This document shows positions 11,911 through 23,295 of a stretch of DNA of 64,000 bases, piece after piece. The notes beneath the pieces are model-generated. The model saw nothing but the letters and a program-made list of their open reading frames with translations, was not told the origin of the DNA and did not search any database. Every line of letters begins with the position of its first letter. Position 1 is the first letter of the stretch. This DNA comes from Lama glama (lineage: Eukaryota), in assembly GCA_028534125.1 (NCBI GenBank), contig CM052821.1, forward strand, positions 46,562,001-46,626,000, read 5' to 3'. The position numbers were made by a program, and so were the translations under genes.

Positions 11911-12934
11911 AAGTCCACACGTAATTTTTTAAAATGTTTAAAGGACCAAAATATAGAAAGACTTGTGATTTGGAGGCATCCAAGATGGAAGAGAGAGAAA
12001 AATCCTTCAAGAACCTCCCAGTCCAAATCCACAGAAACAGAAAGTGTTTTCCCGTGTCCTCAAGATCATATAAGGAGTCCAATGCCTGTCTTCTCAGTCT
12101 CCTATCAGAGCACTCGGCAAAATCTATTTTAGTTAGTTGGGTCTGGATTTCCCTCATCAGAGAGTGAGTCCCTTTGAACAGGGACTATGTTTTTTTCAGG
12201 AAAAGAACAATTTTGGAAGAGACATTTGAGATTTACCAGAAGGCAGACTGGAGCCGGGGGATGGGAAAAGAGAAAGAAGGCTGAGAAATGAGAGTTTCCA
12301 TGAAAGGCAGAAGAGCTGACTGCTACTCTGTACTCCAGGCAGAAGAGTTGTAACTGTCTGTTAATTTAATCAGACAAATATCCACCGCAGCCTACTGTGT
12401 GTGACAGATCTAGCTGGCAGGAGGGAACACGATCTTAAAACAAGACGAGCAACGTTAGTGCCACTGCATGATTCTGACAATCTTGTGTACAGGAGGCTCG
12501 AAAGTGCCAGGTGGCTACTGATCACCAGGCTCTGCTGGAAGAAGGGGCATGGCGGGGGGTGGGGGGAGGTGGGGGTGGGAGGAGCTTCTTTCTTTAGTGG
12601 ATGACAAAGAGGACCTATGTACTCAAAGGGAACTTTAAGTGAGTAAAACCAATCAGCGCTGAGCCACTAAGACCACCTTTCACTTTCTTCCTCCCTTCTT
12701 CTCCTTTTGTGCATGACGAATCAGGACAACCTCCAACCCATCCTTTGGGGACCACCTCTTTAGTGACGCTGACCCAGACTCCTTTGAAAGACCCCCCCCC
12801 AAAAACCTCTTTAATTAGAATGCTTTTTCTCTTTTGTTTAACAATTGCAACCACTGTTTTTATTGCTAATGAATAAAGCAATAATGTTACTAATAATGTT
12901 ACTAATAGAAAATGGTTAGTACCATTTTCTATCA

Positions 12935-13155
12935 AATCCTGAGCAGCCTCTTTGTACCAAGCACTGTATTTTAAATGCTGTCCATACGGTGTCTTACGGA
13001 AATCCAACCCAGTAGATTAGGTGGTACAATCCCCATCTTATGGAAGAGAAAACCGAGCAATTTGCCCAACATCGCACAACCGGTGAGCGATGCAACAAGA
13101 ATGGAAACTCAGCCATCAGACTCCAGAACATCTGTGTTCCACCACACGTCCTGCT
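12935..13155 (-). mobile_element. MIR SINE
   Basis: gtaccaagcactgt...atccccatcttatggaagagaaaaccgag...ttgcccaacatcgcaca...gactccaga. Confidence 0.75.
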
Positions 13156-13869
13156 TGTAGAGCGGGACCCCGGGCGGTTAACTAAAGCATTTCTGAATGC
13201 TCCTCCTAATTTGTGGGAACAGAAGTTGAAGGTAAAGATCTCTCATGTCCTAATTTGCTTTTCAAACCACTGCAGAGTTTAGGAACGCCAATACAAAATT
13301 ATACAATGTGCTGAAAAGTTACAATGAAAGTGACTTTCTAAACCTCAAAGAGGTCTGTCTGCTTTCAGGAGATAGTTGCAGGTAATAATAAGACAAAGTG
13401 AATATAATATTTACATGTAGATATAAATTAAAAAATACATACACACAGAATCAGGCACACAGGTGCATATATAGTTTATATTCACACATATAGTAACATA
13501 TATACTATATACAGTATCCAACATATAAACATGATGTATATACATGCATATACATCATTTTACTTAACTTTACTATCCATTTTCTGAACTACGAAATTGA
13601 GTTCCATAGGTAATAAAGTCACTTGATGAGTAACTGGTCAAACCAGATCTCACACACTTTCTAGCATTCTTTCTAGCACACCTCACCCATTAATTCTGGA
13701 AGGGCTGCTGTGTTCACGGTCCACCAGGCTGACAATGAACACAACGGAAGGAACTAAAACATGAAGAAAATCCAGTGTGTTTCTATAAACCTCTGAGAAG
13801 TTTAAAAAGGAAAAAAAAAAAGTCTCTAAAACCCACACATTTCGTTCATGCAGCCAGTTGAGGAAGAAA

Positions 13870-14170
13870 AAAAAAATACACACCCCAATTTGTTCTTGTT
13901 TACAAATACTTTTAAGCTGTTTGTCAAACAAAATGAGTTTTTCTGCCAGACGAGATTCCAATTTTCTAAGTTCATTAGTGGCTGATGAACAGAAAGGGTC
14001 ACCCTGATGATCTGATAATTTGGCCCTGACTCTTGTCAAAGCGATTAAGAAAAAAAAAAATCCAAGCTGTCAGGAGGAAAAGGAAATGCTATTTGATCCA
14101 ATTTGTGCACTACTTCTGTACAAACAAGGAGGAGATATTTACAGGCATGCTGTATTAACTCTCCACCAGG
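13870..14170. promoter_or_regulatory. Candidate Forkhead-site enhancer
   Basis: TGTTTAC at 13897-13903; palindromic TGTTTG-T-CAAACA at 13918-13930; ACAAACA at ~14120; TATTTAC at ~14136. Confidence 0.35.
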
Positions 14171-14859
14171 GCAGGATGGCAAAAGAAATAAAAGTAAGGA
14201 AAGAGGCAGAGAATGTTTAAAATGCTCCGAGTTGGAAGCCACAGGCAGCCCTAAATTGCCTGGAGGCCAACTCTTCCTCTTTTTTTTTTTTTTAAATCCT
14301 TTAGGTAGAAAAAACATGCTTTCGAATGATATAACTCAGGATCACTAGGAAATGAGGAATTCCTTAAGAAGCCTGCCATTTCTGGCGTTAAGTGGCGTGT
14401 GCTATGCAGACTCTGGGAAGATGAAGAAGGTGGCTTTCCAAATTCTTACCAAGTTCTAATACGGCCCTTGGTAGGAAGGATAACTCTATTTTTTAACTAT
14501 TACTTTCATTGCATCATGTAAAGGAACACCAAGGTTCTTATTCAACTGGAATAATAAAGTACTCTCCCAATCACCCCATCATGAGTTATCAAGGTAAGAT
14601 TCAATATTGCTACTCCACAGCCAAAGGGCACTTCTCTTTTGAGGAGCAAGTCACATTCAGTCGCAGTTACAGCCCTTGGAATTTCACTTCAGACTTTGCA
14701 GAGCTGGGAGAGGTCACCTAGGAAAAGATGGATTCTTTTTTTTCCAGGAACTGGGAAATGGTAGGAAATATTCTGACCTTATACAAAGGCACCAGGGAGG
14801 GAGGCCGGAGCCCCAGCTCGCTCCTGACTCCCTCCCAAGGGTCTCAGAGCATCCTCTTC

Positions 14860-15030
14860 CTTCCAGATTCTCCTCTCCTTTACCCCTTAAACTCCCCGCT
14901 GGTCGCAATTCCATAAGCTCAGGGAATACCACTCCTTTCTCACATTTACCATCTTTACAAAATACACTTACTTGCAAGGTCATTTTATTTCTTTACTGTC
15001 TTCCCCTCTAGAGTGTAAGTTCCATGGGGC
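14860..15030 (+). mobile_element. L2 3' fragment
   Basis: ctgtcttcccctctagagtgtaagttccatgggg. Confidence 0.55.
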
Positions 15031-15939
15031 TTGGTTCTTTCTAAGTAAAGTAAATAACACACTTTACTTTCAAATAATGGCTGATAATATTTTTCACCCA
15101 GTTTTAAACAGGAACTACAGAACACCTTAGAAACACCTTGACTTACCGCTTAACCAGAACCTCTGTGAAAGCACTGGTGAGGCCAGCTTCAGTGCATGAG
15201 GACCATGAGGCATTCTGGTGACTTAAATCCAAGAGGTGATGTTATCATCCTTAGCAGGAAGTAAGGGCAGGTGGAAATTGATCAGGATATCTTTTTTTCC
15301 CCCCTGTGATCATCTTAAAAACAGGTCTTCATGGTGAAGTCTCAATACTCTTTCGAAATTTCTTTTAATTTCTAGAATTTCAGATTTCCCCACTTGACAC
15401 CAGATGTAAAATAATGGACATTTCAAAACCAAATACAATCAATTTTATGACTGGCCTTTGGAATATCCTTCCTCCAAATTATCCATCAGGTGTCAACTCC
15501 TAACCCTCATGGGACTTCCAGACCCTGACTCAGTTGTCACCTCCTTGATGAAGCCTTCCCCATCAGGCCGACCTCAGTTCCAGCAGAGTGAGAAAATCAA
15601 GCATTCAATTCAGGTTTTGAAAATCTGTGCATTTTAGTTCAAAAGGACTTGGTGAGAAGGTTTCTTCCTCCCTTTTCAACTCTCAGTATGGCGCTAGTAT
15701 TTCCTTATTGCCCTCCAACTCTCAACAAGGGGAACTGAGAATTCACACCACATGCTTCTGGCTGGCAGCAGCACCTGGCCAGACTGTAACACAGAGAGGA
15801 TGGCTGGTCTGGTCATCTGCTACTCAGGGAGAGTGGTATCCGTTTCTTAAATCACCATAAATGTATTTACATAAACAATGAGGTTTTCAGAAGACGTGGC
15901 CAAACACTGAACAGGAAGACGGGAATGAGAGTTTACAAA

Positions 15940-16065
15940 GCCCTGCCCCACTGTAAACTTCTTGAGGGCAGGGATGGAGGGTCCAGCTGGTTCTCAGCCG
16001 TGTCCATGTACTTGACCGAGCACTCGGAACAAAGCAACCACTCAATAACTATTTGTGGAGGGAAC
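15940..16065 (+). mobile_element. L2 3' end
   Basis: actgtaaacttcttgagggcaggga...cactcaataactatttgtgga. Confidence 0.7.
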
Positions 16066-17293
16066 CTGAGACTCAGGGACACACGCTGAATCGTGCTAGA
16101 GACAGCAGGAATGTAAACCACGTCTTCTTACTCCGAGCCCAAAATGTTTTTCAGCTTTGGAACTCTCTACCAAACGGCTTCAAAAGCCAATAAATATTTG
16201 TTAAGTGAATAAAGAGAAAACTAAGTAGTTCTTAACCTTGAGGCATTCATAACTCATCAGAAATACTTAGAACTCATACCACCCGGGGACTGCCATTTAT
16301 CTTTCTGCCTTCAAAGAGACGATGAAAGACCAGGCTGTACCTCTGTGCAAGGTGACCAAAGTTGAGGTTTACCTTGACCGTCACAAAGACTGAGAAAGCC
16401 CACATGCACAGGATGCACCAGTCTGACATGCCACCTAAATTTAGCAAAATAGAAGATAAAATTGATGGGTATTCCCAAAAGCTGGTTTGCATCTTTTTTC
16501 CACAGCAATACCTATCCAGAATATTTATTTAGATGACTTCTGAAGTTTCAATCCTTTTTTTTTTTTTTTGCTCCAAAATGCCCGCAGGCACATGTCCCTT
16601 CAAGGTGAACATCAAGTTACAAATTCTACCAAAAACAACCGCAATAACTTTTCTTTTTATACGCCATAAACACAATTTCCTTAAGAGAGCATAAGAAGCT
16701 CTGTTCGGTAACTTGCATTAGCCATGACGACAAGACGTTTAAGTGAAGAAAGAACCCGCTTTCCTAGAAGTCAGTACGGAAAGCTCAGGAACGGATGAGA
16801 TAAATTAAGAAGTCCATGTGCTCTATGCTGAAAAAGTATAGCCATCTTCAAACTTTCACCAAGCAATTTTGATGTGAGGAGGATAGTCTGACAGCAGAGC
16901 TAAAGAAAAAAACAGTAAAAGGCAGTCCAGCAGGCGGGTGTGGGGCCACTTCTGATAGGGGCGAAGTGTTCTTCACGCCTCAGAAATTCCCAGGATGACA
17001 GGACGATACAAAGATGAAATGAGTCACGTGGTAAAAAGTTTAAAGAACAGTCAGACTCTTCTGTTAGAGAAGGGAGAAAAATACAAGCTGAGACCAGTTG
17101 CCAGGATATAATTATGCACTTTGTTTTTGTTTTGGGAAACTGTGCTGCTTAGGGGGCAAACTGTCCTTTCATTTGGAAATTCACCCACCTGTATGGAACA
17201 CTTCACGGCTAACAATGCCTTAGCATGAGGTTTGGGGGCATTTTATGCATAAATTTTCATAGGACTAAAACTGCTAAGCTGTGTTATTATTAA

Positions 17294-17524
17294 AGGGAAG
17301 GGATAAATTGGGAGTTGGAGATTTGCAGATATAACTACTAGCTATAAAATAGATAGACAACAGGTTTACCCTGTAGAGCACAGGAAACTATATTCAATAT
17401 CTTGTAGTAACCTATAATGAAAAAGAATGTGAAAAAGAAGATATGTATGTTCATGCATGACTGAAACATTATGCTGTGCACCAGAAATTGACACATTGTA
17501 AACTGACTATACTTCACTTAAAAA
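17294..17524 (+). mobile_element. Young L1 3' end
   Basis: gggaagggataaattgggagttggagatttgcagat...ccagaaattgacacattgtaaactgactatacttca. Confidence 0.92.
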
Positions 17525-17815
17525 TTATTATGCTAATAAAAATGATGCATTAATAATAATGATGATCGATATTACTTTGCCATATTATTTATTAATATAC
17601 TAATAATAGCTTAATATTAGCATGTAATATAATGTTAGGTTATCATATTACATATGTGTGACATAATCTATTAGATTATTATACAGAAATCATTATGGAC
17701 TTTCACATGAAGGCTAAGCCAAAGGCTTAACTACCACTATTACTAGCAGCACTGGTACTACTAGTATCACTACTACAGCACTACTAGTGCCACAGCACTA
17801 ATAACTGCTACCACC
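17525..17815. repeat. AT-rich low-complexity tract followed by degenerate (ACT)n
   Basis: taataataat/tattatt runs, then actaccactattactagcagcactggtactactag. Confidence 0.6.
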
Positions 17816-18590
17816 ATCTTTCTGGTAAAAAACATTGTGCGTCTTCTTTGTGTCTAAGGGAAAGGCGACCTTCACGTGTCTCCTTTGTTACATGCCCACT
17901 GCATGCTGGGATAGGCAGACCCTGGGTGGGCTCACAGTGCCCTAATGGGTAAATGGCATTATTATCACTTGTCCCCTTTCCTGCGGAATGGGATGCCAGA
18001 GAGGCTGAGTGGATGCCAAGGCGCCCTGCCACCAGCACAGGGCTGATGTCTAGACTCTGACGCACCAGCTCCAAGGCCGGTGTTATTTGACTCTGGGTGA
18101 CAGGACACACCAGGACTGCAAACTTCCTGGGATCAGACACGTTAGGAGGAGAAAAGCATGACCAGGGAAATCTGTTATTGGGGACTCCCCACGAGGAGGG
18201 CAGGATGTTGGGGGATCAGGAAAGAACGGGAAGCATCTTTCACACCCTTACGGCCACACGAGAAACCAGACTAGTTGTCACATGTTCAAAAACAAAAAAC
18301 AAAGCACACAAACCAAAAACACAACAGGCATCTAGACTTTTCCTCCATAGGAAGTACAGGCATTGCCAAGCCCCTGCCAAACCGTCCACACCAGTGTCTC
18401 CCCGCACTTCTCTACCCAACCGATTCCCCAGGAGAACTCAGACTTCCCATCCCGCCATGTCCAGGAGTTTCTCCAAAACCCCACACCCTCCAAAAAGAAA
18501 GGAAAAGGCAGGGGGAGGAGCAGAAGTGGCTAACATTGAATGTCTAGTCTGTGTTCAGTACTATCTTATTCAGTATCCATGAACCACTTT

Positions 18591-18910
18591 TTTTTTTAAT
18601 TGAAGTGTAGTCAGTTTACAATGTTGTGTCAATTTCTGGTGTACACCATAATGCTTCAGATATATATACACATACATATATTTGTTTTCATATTCTTTTT
18701 CTTTATCGGTTACTACAAGATATTGAATATAGTTCTCTGTGTTAAACAGCAGAAATTTGTTGTTTATCTGTCCTACGTATAGTAGTTAGCATCTGCAAAT
18801 CTCGAACTCCCAATTTATCCCTTCCCACTCTCTTCCCCCTCCGGTAACCATAAGTTTGTTTTCTAGGTCTGTGAGTCTGTTTCTGTTTTGTAAATAAGTG
18901 CATGTGTGTC
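18591..18910 (-). mobile_element. Young L1 3' end with TSD
   Basis: poly(T) then aattgaagtgtagtcagtttacaatg...; TSD tccatgaaccacttt (18576-18590) / tccaggaaccacttt (18911-18925). Confidence 0.93.
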
Positions 18911-19134
18911 TCCAGGAACCACTTTTCACAAAAAGAACAAAGACTCCTGAGTGCATCTGGAGAAGGGAGCTCCAGGACTGGCTGAGCCATCGCATGCAAC
19001 GCTGCCCATATTTCTGCGATGCCCATCACACTCTTAAAGCATTTCCGAGGCAGGTGTCATCGTCACTCACATTAGAGCCCCAGGGAAGACTTGGATAACT
19101 TGTCTCCAAAGTTTAAAACCTTACTCTCTCTCAC

Positions 19135-19182
19135 CATCCTGGATCGCTCCAGGGTTGCCAATTTCCAAAAAAAACGTAACAG
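19135..19182 (-). other. Candidate 48-nt exon ending in ATG
   Basis: Minus strand: ttttactttctccccctag|CTGTTACG...GATCCAGGATG|gtgaga; alternative donor 10 nt further at GAGA|gtaagg. Confidence 0.3.
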
Positions 19183-19339
19183 CTAGGGGAGAAAGTAAAA
19201 CAGCCCACGTCTGGTAACAGATACTAGCCTTTTCCAGATTTAAAGGAGGAAGGAGACCATGTCTCTGCTCCTGCCTGGCATCCGTACTGCCTCCTGCAAC
19301 TGAGCAGAAACAACCCTCCAAACCAGGGAACAGCGGCTC

Positions 19340-19700
19340 CCAACAGCTCCCCCATATTTATTTAAATCAGGACTCAAGTTTCGTTTTATTACAATTCCAC
19401 TGTGGGAATGGAAGCCGGCACTGCCCAACTCCCACCTGTAAATCTGAAACCCAGCGCAGGCTGTGAGTGTGAAGTAACGAACTCCTCTCCTCCCTGAAGG
19501 GTTTTCCTTCCAGAGTACGGATGGCTGCTGTCACTTTCTGAGTCCCTCCTTCCTGCCACCCCGAGAACACACGGAAACTTCCCCCTGCATGGAACCTCCC
19601 CCAGCTTGTCTTCTAATCTGCCTGGCAGGTTTGCATACTTCCTCATCTCTGCAGACCTCTGCTTATTTAAATGAAGCAAGCCCCCTTTCCCCTCCAAACT
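19340..19700. promoter_or_regulatory. Candidate promoter/enhancer (ETS/PU.1, kB-like, octamer-like, TATA-like)
   Basis: ACTTCCTC at 19637-19644 abutting GTTTGCAT at 19629-19636; GGAAACTTCCCC at 19573-19584; TATTTAAA at 19359 and 19664. Confidence 0.35.
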
Positions 19701-20379
19701 CTCTTTTTATTGCCTCTCTGTTATAATCAGAAAAGAAGGGCAGTGTGAGACTCTCTAGCTTTTACGCAAATAGATCTAAAAACAAAGAAAAACTAATAAA
19801 AATGGAATTGATAAAGGCAGCGTCTTTCGCTTTCTGTTTTTTTGTGTGGTTTTGCTGCTGCTGTTGTTGTTGATGATTTTGGCTTCCAAGTTTTCACTAG
19901 GACCTCTTTCTCTCACAAGTGCAGGGAAAATAAAGAACAACCCAGGCTCAGATATGGTAAGGCTGTCAGCAGGAAGATAAGTTTACACTTGATGTGATGG
20001 TCTCCCTCCTAAACTCACAAACCCACAAGCTTCCCAGGACCCGCGTTCAGGTCCACAAAGTGTGTGTCTGGGCCCCATGGGTAGAATTTGTGAATCATTT
20101 GCAAAGGCTGAATGACACTGTGCAGCTGTCTTTTCCCAGATACTGGACCACAAAAGATGATGTCTGTCTCTGGTGGGAAGGAAGGAGGGAGGAGGAGGAG
20201 GGAGGGGCCAAAAGCCCTGGCATCATGCAAGCACCAGCAGTCCCAGCAGGGCCTTGAGGACTCGGGCTGGAGTGTGAGGCATCTGTCCAGAGACCAAGTT
20301 TTTTCAGTCAAAACTGCTCTTGGGAGGAGCCCAGAAGCAGCGAATCTCACAGGAACCAGGTGCTGTCATAGCTGATCGC

Positions 20380-20485
20380 CTCGGCTCCGTGGGCAGAGAC
20401 TTCAAACCCAACTCACCCCTTCCTGCCGTGTCGCCTTGGGCAGTCACACAAATTCCCTAAACGCAGTTTCCTCATCTGCCCAGCA
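20380..20485 (+). mobile_element. MIR fragment
   Basis: gccttgggcagtcac...cagtttcctcatctg. Confidence 0.6.
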
Positions 20486-20672
20486 GCCAGACTCAATCAC
20501 CCCAAGTGGGAGGGGCACTCTCGGGAGTGGAAGGAAGCCCATGAGGCCAAAATACCAGAAGGTGGTTGAACTATGACCATATAAGGAGTGTTTGCCTCAG
20601 TCTTTACCAAGGGATAGGACTCAGTGAATGGTTGTAGTAATCGTGGGTCCTCTTTTAAGAGAACTGATCTTT

Positions 20673-21388
20673 TTTTTAATTGAAGTATAGTTGATGTACA
20701 ATGTTGTGTTCGTTTCTGGTGTACAGCAAGTTATTCAGTTATACATACATATACATATTATTTTTCATATTCTTTTCCATTATGGTTTATTGCAGGATAC
20801 TGAGTATAGTTCCCTGTGTTGTACAGTAGGACCTTGTGGTTTATTTATTTTATACATAGTAATTTGTATCTGCTAATCCCAAACTCCTAACTTATCCCAC
20901 CCTGCTTCCCCTTTGTTAACCATAAGTTTGTTTTCCATGTCTGTGAGTGTTTCTGTTTCATAAATAAGTTCATTTGCATTCATATTTTGGACTCCACATA
21001 TAAGTGATACCATATGGTCCTTGTCTTTCTCTTTCTGATTTACTTCACTTAGTATGACAACCTCCAGATCCATCCATGTCACTGCAAATGGCATTATTTC
21101 ATTTTTCCTGGCTGAGTACTATTCCTTGTTTATGTCTATCACAACTTCTTTATCCATTCACGTGTCAGTGGACATTTAGGTTGATTCTACGTCTTGGCTA
21201 CTGTAAATAGTGCTGCTATGAACACCGGGGTGCATGTATCATTTCAAATTAGAGTTTTCTCCAGTTATATGCCCAACAGTGGGCTTGCTGGATCCTATGG
21301 TAACTCTATATTTAGTTGTTTAAGGGACTTCCATAGTGTTTTCCATAGTGAAAACATCAACTGACATTCCCACCAACAGTGTTGGAGG
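20673..21388 (-). mobile_element. 5'-truncated L1 (ORF2 C-terminus plus 3' UTR) with perfect TSD
   Basis: MPFAVTWMDLEVVILSEVNQKEKDKDHMVSLICG; 17-bp TSD taagagaactgatcttt at 20656-20672 and 21389-21405; TT/AAAG endonuclease-type site. Confidence 0.95.
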
Positions 21389-21405
21389 TAAGAGAACTGA
21401 TCTTT

Positions 21406-21600
21406 AAAGAAGTTTAAATTCAGGCTCCATCTTTGTCAACTGGATCGCCTGGTAGAAATTACTGAATCTCTCAGCCTCAGTGTCTTCATCTAAAACGTGG
21501 GCTGACAACAGTAGCAAGCTCAGCGTGCAATAATGCAACTAAAGCAATTAGACCGGTACCTGGCAGGCAGTACCTATTCAGTTAACCCTTAGCCGTAATA
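21406..21600 (+). mobile_element. MIR (remainder, split by the L1)
   Basis: ttactgaatctctcagcctcagtgtcttcatctaaaacgtggg...gtacctggca. Confidence 0.65.
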
Positions 21601-21726
21601 TTTACTGTTACTTACTTTCATTTCTGTACACAGATGTAACCAATTTGATTCTTGCAGCAATCATGACTACATATACATTCATGGATATATGTATATGAGG
21701 TTGTATAAATGTGTGTGTGTATACAC

Positions 21727-21962
21727 AGTAGACATAATGATTAAGAGTGTAGACTCTGGAGCCAGACTGCCTAGGTTCAAATCCTGCCTCTGCCACTAAT
21801 AGGCTGTGTGACTTTGTGCAAGTCAGCTGATGTCTCTGGGCCTCAATTTCATCATCTGTAAAATGTGATAAAAACTGTACCTACCTCATAGCAATTCTGT
21901 GATGTCTAAGTATGTATATATATATATATGTAGCTTAAAACATATTAAGTGCTCAAATATTA
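21727..21962 (+). mobile_element. Near full-length MIR
   Basis: ttaagagtgtagactctggagccagactgcctaggttcaaatcctgcctctgccact...catctgtaaaatg...gtacctacctcatag. Confidence 0.92.
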
Positions 21963-23119
21963 CACAGGAAATACAGACATAAATACCTGCATTATCTAAT
22001 TTAATTTAACATGTTCTTGGACTCTTTTCTGAGGGTCAGTTTCAATGAGAAATAAAGAACAAACTGCTAAGAAGCAAAAACATTAGAAGGCAGGGAGGGG
22101 GAGCACCTGGAAGAAGTCGTGACCTCTAACACACTTGGAGGGGGCATCTCAAATTACCTAAAACTCTAATAAGAAAAGTAAAATAAACCTTCAAAACAAT
22201 AAATCAGAGGAGGAGAGCTGTCAGGAACTGGATCTGCCTTGAAAAATGATCAGACCAGAGAAGAACACAATACAAGAATCTAAGAGAAAGAAAAATAGCA
22301 AAACCCCTCTTGTGGGAGACCCCAGGGAATGAGAGAGACCCAGACAAGGTGGAAGGGGAGGGGGCATTTCTACCTTAATGTTGACGTGGTAAGACCCAGG
22401 CTCTTCTAAAAGCATCTCGGAAGACGCTCGTTAAAATGGGACCCTGCAAAGAACACTAGAAACAGGTCGGGTGGGTGGGTGCATGAGTGGGTGGCAGAAG
22501 TAGGCAGATGACAGGGGTGGAAAGGAGACCCCTTCAGTCAGGCCATCCGCCTTCCCTTCTGCTTCTCAGCTTCCATCACCTTCCCTGGAGGACACTCCGC
22601 AGCCCCACCCAGGCCTGGAGCGATGACTTCCGGACACTGTTGTCTGCTTGCTTTCCCTGCCTCTACAGCCATCTGCTCCTCTTCCCTCCTCCCCAAAGGT
22701 CCCAGAGGACCCAGCTGTTTGGGTTTGGGGAGGAGTTTACCACCCCAAGTGTTGTGGTTCCAATCAGTGTAATTAAAGCCCCGTGCCAGTGACTGGCGCA
22801 GGGTGCATGTGTGTGTCTGAGTGTGTGCGTGAGTGTCTGAGTTGCTCTGATTACCATGGTGGTTGGGGGGAGAGCAGCCCCCAACCTGGAAGAGGACACA
22901 GTCCAGAAGTTTGCCTGAGACACAGTCCGAGCCCTGGTCAGTCTCGCCTGAAGTCCACAGTCGTCAGCGCTTGTCTTTTTCCCTATTTTTTTTGTTGACT
23001 CCTCTGCCGAAGCAACATTTTACATTTCGATTAAGCCCAATTTATCCTCTGCGTTTGTTTGTTTGTTGTGAGTTGTGCTTTGTGTGTCCCTTCCTGCCCT
23101 TTTTAAATCCAAGATTAGG

Positions 23120-23295
23120 AAAGGCACTAGGGCCGATTCCTTAACCTCCCCTCATGACTCGGTTTCCTCATATGTAAAACGGGGACAGTAATCCTAGCAC
23201 TGCTTCTTGAGTTATTTTAAGAATGCAGAGTTGAACTATATAAAGCACTAGCACACAGTGCTCAACGCTCAGTACTTGCTGTGGTTATTATTATT
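23120..23295 (+). mobile_element. MIR SINE
   Basis: ctcggtttcctcatatgtaaaacggggacagtaat. Confidence 0.75.

Noticed and set aside
14450-14717. Minus-strand acceptor/donor pair
   Set aside because: All three frames hit stops within ~50 nt of the acceptor; no other support.
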